From positions 3,190,997-3,254,996 of the forward strand of contig VJWM01000025.1 of assembly GCA_010909165.1 (NCBI GenBank): a stretch of DNA of 64,000 nt, read 5' to 3'. The translations under genes and the position numbers were made by a program. Shown piece after piece: positions 22,546 through 36,999 of the stretch. The notes under the pieces are model-generated. The model was given only the letters and a program-made list of their open reading frames with translations, had not been told where the DNA came from and searched no databases. Each line of letters begins with the position of its first letter. Position 1 is the first letter of the stretch. Source of the DNA: Anthoceros angustus (Eukaryota > Plantae > Anthocerotophyta).

Positions 22546-25500
22546 GTGCCATGCTTGCGCCCGACATTAATGACCGGCCATATAATGGCGCCCAGCGCCC
22601 GACATTGGCCCCCAACGCCTGACATTGACTTGCCATACAATGGCGCCTAGCGCCAAATAATAATGGCATCTCATTAACGCCCAACTATAGTGCCCAGTTA
22701 ACGCCCAACTATCGCGCCCAAATAACGCTCAACAATGGCGTTCAACGCCCAGCTATGGCGCCCAATTATCGCCCAACAAAGGCCCCCAATTAATGCCCAA
22801 TAATGGCGCCCAATGCCCAAATATGGCGCCCAATGCCCAAATATGGCGCCCAAGGCCCAACTATGGCGCCCAATGCCCAACTATGGCGCCCAACGTCCGA
22901 CAATGGCTGGCCATCCACTGGCACCCAACGCCCTACACTGGCTGGCCATACAATGACGCCCAACGCCCGACAATGGTTGGCCATCCAATGGCGCCCAACG
23001 CCCGACAATGGTTGGCCATCCAATGGCGCCCAACGCCCTACAATGGCTGGCCATACAATGGCGCCCAACGCCCGACAATGGCTGGCCATCCAATGGCGCC
23101 CAACGCCCTACAATGGCTGGGCATACAATGGCGCTAACGCCCTACAATGGTCGGGTTACAATGGCGGCCCAACGCCTGACAATCGTGGCCACCGCCAATA
23201 GCTCCCCGCCGCCACCCTCCCTCCCCACCTACAAAACAACGCGACAATGGCTAACCACACAATGGCGGCTCGACAATCGCCACCCCGCCAATGGTTGGCC
23301 ATACAATAGGGCCCAACGCCCGACAATGGCTGGCCTGATAATGGCTGGCCCGACAATCGCTGGCCAGCCTGCCAATGGCTCCCCGCCTGCCACCCTCCCC
23401 CCCACCAAAAACTCTCCCTCCATCCCCCTTCCCAATGGCGTCCAATGCCCGACAATGGTTGGCCATACAATGGCGCCCAACGCCCGACAATGGCTGGCCC
23501 GGCAATCGCTGGCTAGCATGCCAATGGCTCCCCGCCTCCTCCCCGCCTGCCACCCCTCCCCCCCACCAAAAACTCTTACTCCATCCCCCTTCCTACCCAC
23601 TTCCCCCTCCCCTCCCTCCCGCACCCCTTCCCCCGCCAAATTTTAAGAAAAAGGCTTTACAACATAATCCTACAACAAGGGAGCCACGTCATCGCATGCA
23701 ACGGTAAATGGCTTCCAATCATATTTTTGTGATTAGTGATATTAATAAAGATTTTTAGAAAAAAAAGATCAAATTTTGAAAAAAAGGCTTTACAACGTAA
23801 TCTACAACGAAGCTACGCCATTGATCATTGTTGTAAATGAGCACCCAAAAGAGTGCCATATCATCCAACTAGAAACCCGCATTGTAAACCGAGTCTTAAA
23901 ACTTGCCACATCAGCGAAACTTAAACCAATTTACAACGGAGGTTTTAGACGTTGTAAAGATTGGGACATTTACAAAAGGGGTTTTGTAAAACCCCTCCTC
24001 CCCGCCTGCCACCCCTCGCCCCTACCACCCTCCATCCCCCTTCCCAATGGCGCCCAACGCCCGACAATGGCTAGCTATACAATGGTTGGCGACACCGCCA
24101 CCGCCAATGGCTCCCCGCCGCCACCCTCCCGACCGCCACCTCCTCCCACCAAAACTCTCCTCCATCCCCTTCCCAATGGCGCCCAACGCCCGAGAATGGC
24201 TGGCTATAACGCCCAACGCCCGACAATGGCGCCCGATAATGGTCGCCCGACACCGCTAAGCGTGCGGTAATGGCTCGCCCGCCACCCTCCTCCCGCCACC
24301 TCCCCACCAAAACTCTCCCTCCATCCTCCTTCCCAATGGCGCCTAACGCCGACACAATGGCTAAACAATGGCGGCCCGACAATGGCGGCCCGACAATGGT
24401 CGCCCGACAATGGCTGGCCGGACAATGGTCGGTCGGCCGACAATCAATGACTTGACCGACAATGGTCACCTAACAATGGTCGGCCCGACAATGGTCGGCC
24501 GACAATGGCCGGGTCGGCCGACAATCAATGACTTGACCGACAATGGCTGGCCAATGGCTTGGCCCGACAATGGCCGGGCCGTCAATGGTCGGGTGGACAA
24601 TGGTTGGCCCGACAATGGTCGGTGCCGCCAATGGTCTTTCGACAATGGCTGGCCCGACAATGGTCGCCCGACAATGGTGGCCCGACAATGCCCGGCCCGA
24701 CAATGGCTGGCCATACAATGGCTCCCAACGCCCGACAATGGTGGCCCAATAATGGTGGCGACAATCACTGCCACCGCCAATGGCTCCCCGCCTCCCGCTT
24801 CCTCCCCGCCTCCTCCTCCTCCTCCCCGCCACCCTCCCCACCAAAAACTCTCCTCCATCCCCTTCCCAATGGCGCCCAACGCGACAATGGTTGGCTATAC
24901 AATGGCGCCCAACGCCCGATAATCGCTGGCCCGACAATGGTCGCCCGACAATCCGGGTTAGCGTGCCAATGGCTCCCCGCCGCCACCCTCCCGCCGCCAC
25001 CTCCCCACCAAAACTCTCCCTCCATCCTCCTTCCCAATGGCGCCTAACGCCGACAATGGTGGACAATGGTCATCGGCACTGGGCAATGGCGGCCCGACAA
25101 TGGCGCCCGACAATGGCGGTCGGCACAATCAATGACTTGACGAGCCGACAATGGCTGGCCCGACAATGGTCATTTGACAATGGCCGGGTCCGACAATCAA
25201 TGACTTGCGACAATGGCTTTGGCCTACAATGGTTGGCCGACAATGGCCGGCCCGACACAATGGTGGGTGGACAATGGTTGGCCCGACAATGGTCGGTGGC
25301 CGACAATGGTGGCTCGACAATGGCTGGCCCGACAATGGTCGCCCGACAATGGTGGCCCGACAATGCTGCCCGACAATGGCGCCATACAATGGCTCTAACG
25401 CCGACAATGGTGGCCCAATAATGGTGGCCCGACAATGCCACGCCAATGGCTCCCCGCCTCCCGCTTCCTCCCCGCCTCCTCCTCCTCCTTGCCTGCCACC

Positions 25501-28500
25501 CCTCCCCCCCACCAAAAACTCTCCCTCCATCCCCCTTCCCAATGGCGTCCAACGCGCGACAATGGTTGGCCATACAATGGCGCCCAACGCCCGACAATGG
25601 TTGGCCTGATAATGGCTGGCCCGACAATCGTTGGCCAGCCTGCCAATGGCTCCCCGCCTCCTCCCCGGCTGCCACCGCTCCCCCCCACCAAAAACTCTCC
25701 CTCCATCCCCCTTCCCAATGGCGTCCAGCGCCCGACAATGGTTGGCCCTACAATGGCGCCCAACGCCCGACAATGGCTGGCCCGAAAATGGCTTTTCCGA
25801 CAATCACCTGGCCAGCCGCCAATGGCTCCTCGCCACCCTCCCCACCAAAAACTCTCCTCCATCCCCTTCCCAATGGCGTCCAACGCGACAATGGTTGGCC
25901 ATACAATGGCGCCCAACGCCCGACAATGGTTGGCTGATAATGGCTGGCCCGACAATCTGGCCAGCCTCCCAATGGCTCGCCTCCTCCGCCACCGCTCCCC
26001 ACCAAAAACTCTCCTCCATCCCCTTCCCAATGGCGTCCAGCCGACAATGGTTGGCCCTACAATGGCGCCTAACGACAATGGCTGGCCCGAAAATGGCTTT
26101 TCCGACAATGGCCGGCCAATGGCTCGACAATGGCTCGCCACCCTCCCCACCAAAAACTCTCCCTCCATCCCCTTCCCAATGGCGTCCGATGCGGACAATG
26201 GTTGGCTATACAATGGCGCCTAACGCCTGACAATGGCTGGCGACAATGCTGGCCCGATAATCGCTGGCCAGCCGCCAATGGCTCCCCGCCGCCACCCTCC
26301 CGCCGCCACCTCCCCATCAAAAATTCTCCTCCATCCCCTTCCCAATGGCGCGCCCACCGCCCAACAATGGTTATTATACAATGGCGCCTAACGCCCGACA
26401 ATGGCTGGCCCGAAAATGTCGCCCGACAATCGCCGGCCGTATCAATGGGTCCTCGCCACCCGTCCCCCACCAAAAACTCTCCTTGGCGACATTCCAGGAA
26501 GATTGGTTTTGTGCACAATGCACTACATGAGGTGATTGGTTTTGTGCACAATGCACTACATGAGGTGCGCAGTATGTAGTCCTACTAATGATAATGTTTT
26601 GACTTGCGCCTCACATTATCGGGATTTGTTTGCACCTATATATCTCACAGTATTAGATTTGTTTGCTTGGTTGTTGGTAAGTGCTTATATGAATTCTTAC
26701 TGCGTATGACGCTTGTCATGCCGTGTGATACTAATCTCGCACGGTTTAGTGTTTGATTGGCATTAATTAATCTAACTACATATCTTTTAGTAAGTAATTA
26801 GTGTTAATTAATCTAATTACTTATCTTTAAGTAAGTAATTAGTGTTAATTAATCTAACTACATATCTTTTAGTAAGTAATTAATGTTAATTAATCTAATT
26901 ACTTATCTTTAAGTAAGTAATTAGTGTTAATTAATCTAATTACTTATCTTTAAGTAAGTAATTAATGTTAATTAATCTAAGATGCTTATGTTAATTAAGC
27001 ATTTATTAGTGTTAATTAAACATGGTTAGCAATAGCTAAGTGGATAAGCTCAAGTAACTGCTTTGGCATATTCCTTGCATATTATAATGTATTCTTAGGA
27101 TATTTCTTGCATGCCGATGCGATATGATATCTTAAGAATATGCCGATGCCAACGCTGATAGCCATACAATGGCGCCTAACGTGAAAAATGGCGTCTGAGA
27201 ATGGATGGCCCGACAATGGCGACAATGGCTCGCCCGCCACCCCCCGCCCGCCACTCCTCCCCCACCAAAACTCTCCCTCCATCCCCTTCCCAATAGCGCC
27301 CAACGCCCGACAATGGCTGGCCATACAATGGCGCCTAACGCCCCACAATGGCTGGCCCGACAATCGCTGGCCAGCCTCCCAATGGCTCCCCGCCTGCCAC
27401 CCCTTCCCCCGCCACTCCTCCCTCCACCAAAAACTCTCCCTCCATCCCCCTTCCCAAAGGCGTCCAACGCCCGACAATGGTTGGCCATACAATAGGGCCC
27501 AACGCCCGACAATGGCTGGCCTGATAATGGCTGGCCCGACAATCGGCCGGCCCCGCCAATGGCTCCCCGCCCGCCACCCTCCCGCCCGCCACTCCTCCCT
27601 CCCACCAAAACTCTCCCTCCATCCCCCTTCCCAATGGCGCCAATGCCCGACAATGGTTGGCACAATGGCGAACGCGACAATGGCTAGCCCGGCAATGGCT
27701 AGCATGCCAATGGCTCCCCGCCTCCCCGCCCGCCACCCTCCCCCACCAAAACTCTTACTCCATCCCCTTCCTACCCACTTCCCCTCCCTCCCTCCCGCAC
27801 CCCTTCCCAAATTTTAAGAAAAGGCTTTACAACATAATCTACAACAAGGGAGCCACGTCATCGCATGCAACGGTAAATGGCTTCCAATCATATTTTGTGA
27901 TTAGTGATATTAATAAAGATTTTATAAAAAGATCAAATTTTAAAAAAGGCTTTACAACGTAATCTACGAAGGAGCTACTTCATTGATCATTGTTGTAAAT
28001 GAGCACCAAAAGAGTGCCATATCATCCAACTAGAAACCCGCATTATAAACGAAGTCTTAAAACTTGCCACATCAAACTTAAACCAATTTACAACGGAGGT
28101 TTTAGGCGTTGTAAAGATTGAATATTTACAAAGGGTTTTGTAAAACCCTCCTCCCCCGCCACCCCTCGCCCCTACCACCTCCATCCTCCTTCCCAATGGC
28201 GTAGCCCGACAATGGCTCCCCGCCTCCTCCCGCCTGCCACCTCCCCACCAAAACTCTTACTCCATCCCCTTCCTACCCACTTCCCCTCCCTCCTCCCGCA
28301 CCCCTTCCGCCAAATTTTAAGAAAAGGCTTTACAACATAATCCTACAACAAGGGAGCCACGTCATCGCATGCAACGGTAAATGGCTTCCAATCATATTTT
28401 GTGACTAGTGATATTAATAAAGATTTTATAAAAAGATCAAATTTTAAAAAAGGCTTTACAACGTAATCTACAACGAAGGAGCTACTTCATTGATCGTTGT

Positions 28501-31282
28501 TGTAAATGAGCACCCAAAAGTGCCATATCATCCAACTAGAAACCGCATTGTAAAACCGAGTCTTAAAACTTGCCACATCAGTGAAACTTAAACCAATTTA
28601 CGGAGGTTTTAGGCGTTGTAAAGATTGGAACATTTACAAAGGGGTTTTGTAAAACCCTCCTCCCGCCACCCCCCGCCTACCACCTCCATCCCCCTTCCCA
28701 AAGGCGCCCAACCCCGACAATGGCTAGCCATACAATGGCTGGCCTGACAATCGCTGGCCAGCCTGCCAATGGCTCCCCGCTTGCCACCTCCTACCCGCCT
28801 GCAACCCTCCCCCCCACCAAAAACTCTCCCTCCATCCCCCTTCCGAATGGCATCCAACGCCCGACAATGGTTGGCCATACAATGGCGCCCAACGCCCGAC
28901 AACGGTTGGCCCGATAACGGCTGGCGACAATCACTGCCACGGCAATGCCTCCCCGCCACCCTCCCCCGCCACTCCTCCTCCCACCAAAACTCTCCCTCCA
29001 TGCAGTTCCCAATGGCGCCCAACGTCCGACAATGGATATACAATGGCGCCTAACGCCCACAATGGCGAAAATGGTGGCCCGACAATCGGCCACCTATCAA
29101 TGGGTCCTGCTCGCCACCCCTCCTCCCCACCAAAACTCTCCTCCATCCTCTTCCAATGGCGCCCAACGCCCGACAATGGATGGCCATACAATGGCGCCCA
29201 ACGCCCGAAATGGCGGCGACAATGGCTGGCCCGACAATCAATCAGCCACCTACCAATGGCTCCCCGCCCGCCACCCTCCTACCGCCACTCCTCCTCCCAC
29301 CAAAACTCTCCTCCATCCCCTTCCCAATGGCGCCCAACGCCCGAGAATGGCGGCTATACAATGGCGCCCAACGCCCGACAATGGCCGGCCGATAATGGCT
29401 CCCGCCACCGCCAATGGCGAAATGGCTGGCGAAAATGGCTCCCGCCACCCTCCCGCCCGCCACCTCCTCCCCACCAAAACTCTCCTCCATCCTCCTTCCC
29501 AATGGCGCCTAGCCGACAATGGCGGCCATACAATGGCGCCCAGCCGACAATGGCGTCCGACAATCGTTGGCCCGACAATGGCCGGCCGACAATGGTCGAC
29601 AATGGTTGGCGACAATGGTCCGGCTCGACAATGACTTGCGACAATGGCTGACAATGGTTGGCCGACAATGGTGGCCGACAATGGCGCCAATGGCAATGGA
29701 TAATGGCTCGACAATGGTCGGCCGCCTTCTACCGCCAATGGCTCGGGTTTTGACAATGGCCCGACAATCCGGGCCCGACAATGGCGCCCGACAATGGTCA
29801 ACCCCGACAATGCTGGCTATACAATGGCGCCAACGCCCGACAATGGTTGGCGATAATGGTGGCCAATGGGTGGCCCGACACCGCCGCCACCGCCAATGGC
29901 TCCCGCCTCCCGCCTTCCTCCCGCCTCCTCCCGCCTCCTCCTCCTCCTCCCGCCACCTCCCCCACCAAAACTCTCCTCCATCCCCTTCCCAATGGCGCCC
30001 AATGCCCGACAATGGTTGGCCATACAATGGCGCCCAACGCCCGACAATGGCTGGCCGAAATGGCTTTTCCGACAATGGCCGGCCGCCACCTCCTCCCGCC
30101 ACCCTCCCCACCAAAACTCTCCTCCATCCCCTTCCCAATGGCGTCCGATGCCCGACAATGGTTGGCCATACAATGGCGTAGCGACAATGGTGGCGATAGT
30201 GGCTGGCCCGATAATCGTCGGCCGACAATGGTGGCCCGATAATGGCTCCCCGCCACCCTCCCCGCGCCACTCCTCCCCACCAAAATTCTCCTCCATCCCC
30301 CTTGTCGTCACCGCCCAACAATGGTTGGCCATACAATGGCCTTGACAATGGCTGGCCGAAAATGTCGGGCCCAGGCAATCGTGGCCGGGTATCAATGGGT
30401 CCTCGCGTGCCACCGTCCCCCACCAAAACTCTGTGACATTCCAGGAAGATTGGTTTTGTGCACAATGCACTACATGAGGTGCGACGTATATAGTCCTACT
30501 AATGATAATGTTTTGACTTGCACCACACATGGGGGGGGGATTTGTTCAAGCACCTATATATCGTATTAGATTTGTTTGCTTGGTTGTTGGTCGAGGAAGT
30601 GCTTATATGAATTCAAGTGCTTACCTCGTGCGACAGTTGTCATGCCGTGTGATACTAATCTCTGCACTTGGGTTTAGTGTTTGATTGACATTAATTAATC
30701 TAACTACATATCTTTTAGTAAGTAATTAGTGTTAATTAATCTAATTACTTATCTTTAAGTAAGTAATTAGTGTTAATTATTCTAACTACATATCTTTTAG
30801 TAAGTAATTAATGTTAATTAATCTAATTACTTATCTTTAAGTAAGTAATTAGTGTTAATTAATCTAATTACTTATCTTTAAGTAAGTAATTAATGTTAAT
30901 TAATCTAAGATGCTTATCTTTAAGTAAGTAATTAATGTTAATTAATATAATTACTTATCTTTAAGTAAGTAATTAGTGTTAATTAATCTAATTACTTATC
31001 TTTAAGTAAGTAATTAATGTTAATTAATCTAAGATGCTTATGTTAATTAAGCATTTATTAGTGTTAATTAAACATGGTTAGCAATAGCTAAGTGGATAAG
31101 CTCAAGTAATATCCTTGCATATTCCTTGCATATTATAGTGTATTCTTAGGATATTTCTTGCATACACGATGCTAATATGATATCTTAAGAATATGCCGAT
31201 GCTAACGCTCGACAATGGTCAGCCATACAATGGCGCCCAACGCTCAAAAATGGCTGGCCCGATAATGGATGGCCCGACAATC

Positions 31283-34200
31283 TGTCGCAAGCCACGATCA
31301 AGACTGTGATCTTGGAAGCGAATGAGCCTGGAACAAGTGTTGATCTTTGCATCATGTGTACATATAGGGGTCCCGTCTAGTGACAAGAATGTATTCCTAA
31401 CTAATACGGTTGAAACTAAACTACGGCTATTTACTTATCTTGGTTTACCCACGGGTGATTATCCTTATATGGCCTATTACAACGTTTGTCGTGTCCGTGC
31501 TTGGAGATCCGTCTCCCGCTCGGACAAAAGAGGGGTGTCCAAGCCGCCTCGCCCATGGACTTAGCCGGTCCGGCCCACGGCCCGCTTACCGAGGGTTCCG
31601 AGTGGTCACTCCGTGACATTCTCCCCACTTAGCGAGGGCTGGTCCTCCACCTTGGAGCCGCGGCCGGAGCGGAACTGCTGACACCAAAGTGAGGGGTTCC
31701 CAAGTAGCTAGGGCGGCTCGCTTGGACCAACCTACCAAGCAAGAGGGCGTAAGCTTACGATATCTAACCCGGAGGATGCTTGGGTCCACATGTGGCCGGA
31801 TCGGGTGTCGTGCCGGGACGACGGATCTGCGGCTAGGGTGGCGGCCGGAAGAGCTAGGGACCGCCGAGTGGGTGCGGGTGAGTGAAGGACGCCTGAGTCC
31901 GATCCAGAGTGGCCGGTGAGTTGGTGGAGGCCGTGTTGAGTCGCGGGCCTGACCGAGGGTATCCGACCGATCCGTGTTGGGTCTTGGCAGAGGGAGCTCG
32001 GGTGACGATCGGCTTGAGCATCGATACGTGGAAGGTCTTGCAGATCTTCCAGTCTGCGGGAAGGGCGAGCTGGTATGCCACCGGATTGATCTGCTTGGTG
32101 ATCTCAAAGGGTCCAGTAAATCGGTAGGTGAGCTTCCCCTTGGGCTGGATGGGTGAGGGATACCGGTGAGGGCGCATACGAAGCCATACCTTCTGCCCAA
32201 CTGTGTAAGTCACTTCCCTGCGGTGTTTGTTGACGACTTGCACGATCCTGCGGGATAGTTTCTTGCGGCTTGTCAACCTCATGATACACGCCCTGGGCCG
32301 CCATGCTACCGGCCCATTTGTCCGGCAGAGGGCCGGAGGCCGAGGTGGCGGCATGATCCATAAAGAAGCTTGAGGGCGCCACCCGAGTCGCGTGCTTTGA
32401 GGTGTTGTATGCATACTCGAGCAAAGGTAACATAATTTCCCAGTTGCCTTGTTTCTCATGGGTGAAGTGTCTGAGCATGTCTTCGAGTACTTGGTTCTGT
32501 TTTTCAGTTTGCCCATTTGATTCCGGATGGCAAGCTGATGATAAGTTCTGACTGATGCCGAGGGACTCTGTGAAGCATTTCCAGAATCCAGCTGTGAACT
32601 TGGTGTCTCGGTCGGAGACAATCAAGGAATACCATGCACCCGAATATTTCAGGAATACTGCTAACTTGGGTGCCGTGGATCGGTTTGGGGGATGAAATGG
32701 CTGTCTTGGAGAGTCGGTCCATGACGACCCGAGCGTCTGCTCTTCCCGACTGGTCCGGCGGTGAGTAATGAAATCCATGGAGATGGATTCGAACCTACCT
32801 GTGGGGATTGGTAGTGGAGCAACTTGCCCGGGCGATTGATCGCCTTGGCCTGCTGAGGAGGTACAAGACCGCACCCGCTTGATGGCGCCGAGGCCATCCC
32901 AATAAAATGTTCCTTAACGCGGGCGTATGTCTTATCCACGCCGAGATGTCCCGCTGTGGGACTGTGGAGATCATGTAGGATTGCTTTCTTGATGTCGGTG
33001 GCTGCGAAGGGATGACCAAGCGCCCCTTCTTATACGTGCAAGCATCCTTGATTGTGTACTTGCATGAGCCGGGTGACTGCCCGCACATCGAGAGTAATTG
33101 GTACACTCACCGAGGGCACCGCCCCTGGAGAGCTTCCTGCACGGCGGATGGTGTCCACCGCGTTGTCATGAGAGTGCACGCCCGCTACCGAGGGCATCGA
33201 ACGACGCTCGAGGGGCCCGCAACATAGCGGATGTAAGTTGAAATCAAAGGTATTCTCGCCCGCGTGCATTCAAGTCATCATCAAGAAATGTTGAAGTGAA
33301 TGATGGTTGTGGCATGTGAAGTGGCCGGTGTAGTGCCTCGAGTTTCGGTCGTGGACGATCGCGAACATTTCTTTATCGTGAATCGCGTAGTTCACCGTGC
33401 CCTTGCCTTCTTTGATTCATATGCGATAACCCGCCATCTTGGAGAGAACGCCCAATGGCGTAGCCGCCGGCATCTGTGTATCACATAAGGTGAGTGCGGG
33501 TTGGCCACGGGGCACGGGGCAGGGAGGGTCAGGCTCTTGAGTTTGAGGAAGGCCTGCTGTCTGCCCCGACCTAGTTGTAATTCCTTGGATGCGGCGGAGG
33601 GCATCTGCCGAGGGAGCGCAATCTTCTTTGAAGTCCTTGCGAACCTCCGTAGAATCAAATGCCATACCTAGGAACCCACGGAGTGGAGATCTCGGGCGCC
33701 ACGGAGATTGCCCGAATCTTCGGTATCCACTGATGCCGCCGATTATATGACCGAGGTATTCGACTGTTCGAAAAACACACACTTGCTTTGGCGAATAGCT
33801 TGTGTTCGAGTGTCTCAAATACTTGTCGACCAACTTGTAGTGGCCGGGTGGTCGGATGTGGATGAGTATGTCGTCCAGAAAAACTTCAACGCCATGGCCG
33901 AGAAGGGGGCGGAGGAGTTCCTGCATTAGACATTGAAAGGTGGCGGGCGCGTTTATGAGGCCGAACGGCATGACCACAAACTCGAAGTGTCCGTGTCGAG
34001 TTCTGAAAGCTGTCTTGTACTTGTCCCCTGCTCGGATGCGGATCTGATGGAAGCCTGAGCGTAAGTCAATCTTTGTGAAGTATTTTGCTCCATGCAGTTG
34101 ATCCAGTATCTCATCCACCCGGGGCATCTGATATACATTTCTGACTGTGGCTCGATTGAGGCCCCTGTAATCGATGCAGAGGCGCCAACCGCCATCGGGC

Positions 34201-36999
34201 TTTCCCACCAGAAGGACTGGAGCGCCAAAAGGTGAGACTGAAGCTCTGACGAACCCCTGTTGGAGGAACTCGTCAACTTGCCATTTTATCTCTTCATTTT
34301 CCCCTGCGGATGTCCTGTAGGGCGGGATACTAACAGGTTTGTGGCCAGGGATCAGCTCGATGGCGTGATCTATGGCCTGCGTGTGGCGCCTGTGGCACGG
34401 CGAAGAGATCAAAGATACTCGCAGCAGCCTTCATCTGTAGGGCATCCTCGCCTTGTGCCTTGGCCGCACGGACTCGGGGTGCCTCCAAAGGTAAGACTTT
34501 CTTTAGTCTTGCTACGATGTGAAGTCACAGGGCTTTATTTAGAGCGAGATCGCAACAGTGTTTGTCAAGACGCATTTGTCTCGACATGACGTCCGGCGCC
34601 GGCCTGTAACCCGACGATGTTGTTTGCCCACCGATGTTCAGGTCGGAGGTCACAGCCGTGGTTTGCCGATAATGAGGTCATGGCACAACAGGGCATGAGA
34701 ATCAAGAATTTCCTCATATCCGCCGGAAGGTGACCACCGACGAGGTGTCAGATTCCTTGCCCGTATCCCGGCTGTCGAGTCAGAATTCACGTGGACTCAT
34801 GTCCGTGTCTTGTATTGCCCCCGAGAGCGGCCGTGACGGGTCATGTAGTGGTGGTCATCACGTCCCAATGTGCGGTGACACCTTGCGCGACTGCAGCTTG
34901 ATGGGGACATGGTTCAGTCACATGTATCCGACTGACCGCACCTGTGGCAAAGCTTGGAGGAGGTCTGACCGATTTCGTGGTGTCGGTCACCTCTTCAATC
35001 TTGACGGAGTGGCCACTCTTCACTGGAGCCGAGGAGGGAGCGCGCGGTGGTCCGCCGGCCTCCTTTAGCCACTTGATGAAGTCGCGACGTGAGGACAGTC
35101 TTGAGCCGCGGTTCGCCGAGGTGTAAAGCACATGTGCGCTCATGATACTTTTTCCTCTCCTCCTCCGGGATCTTGAAGACGGGTTTCTTTCTGCAAAGAT
35201 TTACCGATGCCTCGACCCCATCTCGCCTCGGTGGTTTGCGTCATTGCTTGTACTACCGCCATAGTTTATGGCGCCTTCATGGCGCTCCACCGTGGTTCCG
35301 GATTCGTTCGTTGACGCCATGAGGTCGGGCTTGAGTCCATCAATGAATTTTTCAATCTTCCGTTCTTCGTCGAGGCGAGGCATATCCAAGGTGAGTTGAG
35401 AAACTTGTCACAATACTCCAGCTGTCACGAATCTTCCGTAATTGATGATATAATTCGCCGATGGTTAAGCGTGAAGTGCTCCAAGAAGACCGCGAACGTG
35501 TGTAGATTGGAGCCTCCATGCCCAACTCGACCGCTTCTCCTCACGCCTCCACCACCGAAGCGATCCTTCGAGAGACATCACACAAAATTGGATCTTCCGC
35601 TGGTCATCCTTTTCCGTGGCACTCGTGCACTTGTTCAGCTTATCAAGCCGCCATGTACCGCTTGGCGCCTTTTCTCATTTCCGCTGAATGGTGGTGCGGA
35701 TTTTCCTTTGGAGCTCCTTATCCACCGAGCCCGGCTTGAAGATGGGGTCACCCCCATGGATTCCACCCGGTCTTGGTAAGCCCCGCCTTTGGGCCTCCTG
35801 TTGTTCATAGCGAGGAGTTGCGGGCGAACAAGGGCTTTGATGTCCTTGTTCTCCCCTCTCGGCAAGCGACCACCAACTTCCGGAGGTGATCCTCGCCCAT
35901 ACTCCGGGTTGGGTCCGCCCCGCCCCTTCTCTCACGTCACTGTCTTGACCGAGCCGTGCATGTCACATTGTTGCTAAGCGGTGAGCCTCGCGGGCCGTGC
36001 GCTAGCGGGTGCCGGGACCCACGCACATGGCTTGCGTGGTGCCCGACGGGGCCGGATCGAGGGCCCGGAGCACTCGGCCGGCGTCGAGGCGGCTCGACCT
36101 CCTCCCATCGCTTCAACCCGATTTAGGGCTCCTCGTGATCCGTGTCCTCGACGGCCGTGGAATCGAGCCTCGCAGTTCTTTCGAGTTCCGAGGTGCTTGC
36201 CAACGGCGGTCCTCGTCGATCCGCCGATCCGTTCTGCCGCAGTCATCGCCGAATTGGGTGGTGGTGTTTGCAGCGCCGCGATGGGAGGCGCGCCGCTTTC
36301 TTGCGGCCGGCCGCCGCGTGATTCGGCATAATCCGCCATCCTGCTCGCGGCGCCCGCCTCGCCACCTTCCTCCAGAGGCTCGCCGCCGCGCAGCTCGCCG
36401 GCCGCCGGGGGGCGATCTTGTTCCGCCTCGACGGTCTGCCTCGCCGCAGTTCCCCGCCCGAGGACTCGGATCGCTGAGCCACGGCGAGGGATCGTGCCGC
36501 ACCTCGAGGCGCACTGGCCACCAATCCTTGAGGGTCGTTTCATCCTCGGCCGGAGATTCGCATCTCCACCTCCGCGGGACACTTCGCTCATCTTCGCAGA
36601 GCCCATGATTCCGCCGGCAAGGATCCGGATGGGGAACGAGGCTCGATACCAAATGTCGCAAGCCTCGATCGATGTCGATCTTGGAATGAATGAGCTGGAA
36701 CAAGCCGTGTTGATCTTTGCATCATGTGTACATATAGGGGTCCCGGTCTAGTGACAAGAATGTATTCCTAACTAATACGGTTGAAACTAAACCACCGGCT
36801 ATTTACTTATAATCGCTTTACCCACGGTGATTATCCCGTTATATGGCCTATTACGAACGGCAGTCAAATGTTGTCCGTGCTGCTGGAGATCCGCTCTGCT
36901 CGGACGCTGAAAAGAGGGGTGTCCAAGCCCCTCGCCCATGGACTTAATGGGTCCTCGCCCACGGCCCGCGCTTACTGAGGGTTCGAGTGGTCACCGACA
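31283..36999 (-). mobile_element. Full-length Ty3/gypsy LTR retrotransposon (chromovirus-like), frameshifted in this sequence
   Basis: LTRs 31283-31618 and 36654-36999 (TG...CA); 5-bp TSD CAATC; PBS TGGTATCGAGC at 36641-36651 (tRNA-iMet-like); PPT AAGTGGGGAGAA next to 31619. Domains: gag (KFIDGLKP), RT (WRLCIDYRGLN, MPFGL, FLDDIL), integrase (ISMDFIT, SDRD, NGQTE, GPF) and chromodomain-like IL..R...LVGW...ATWEP. Confidence 0.95.

Noticed and set aside
26521-26580. CACTAC motifs as CACTA transposon ends
   Set aside because: They are internal to a short direct repeat, with no distant TAGTG terminus or 3-bp TSD.
22880-30440. CRISPR-like appearance of regularly recurring short repeats
   Set aside because: The intervening sequences are themselves repeats rather than unique spacers, there are no cas genes, and the context is eukaryotic and intron-containing.
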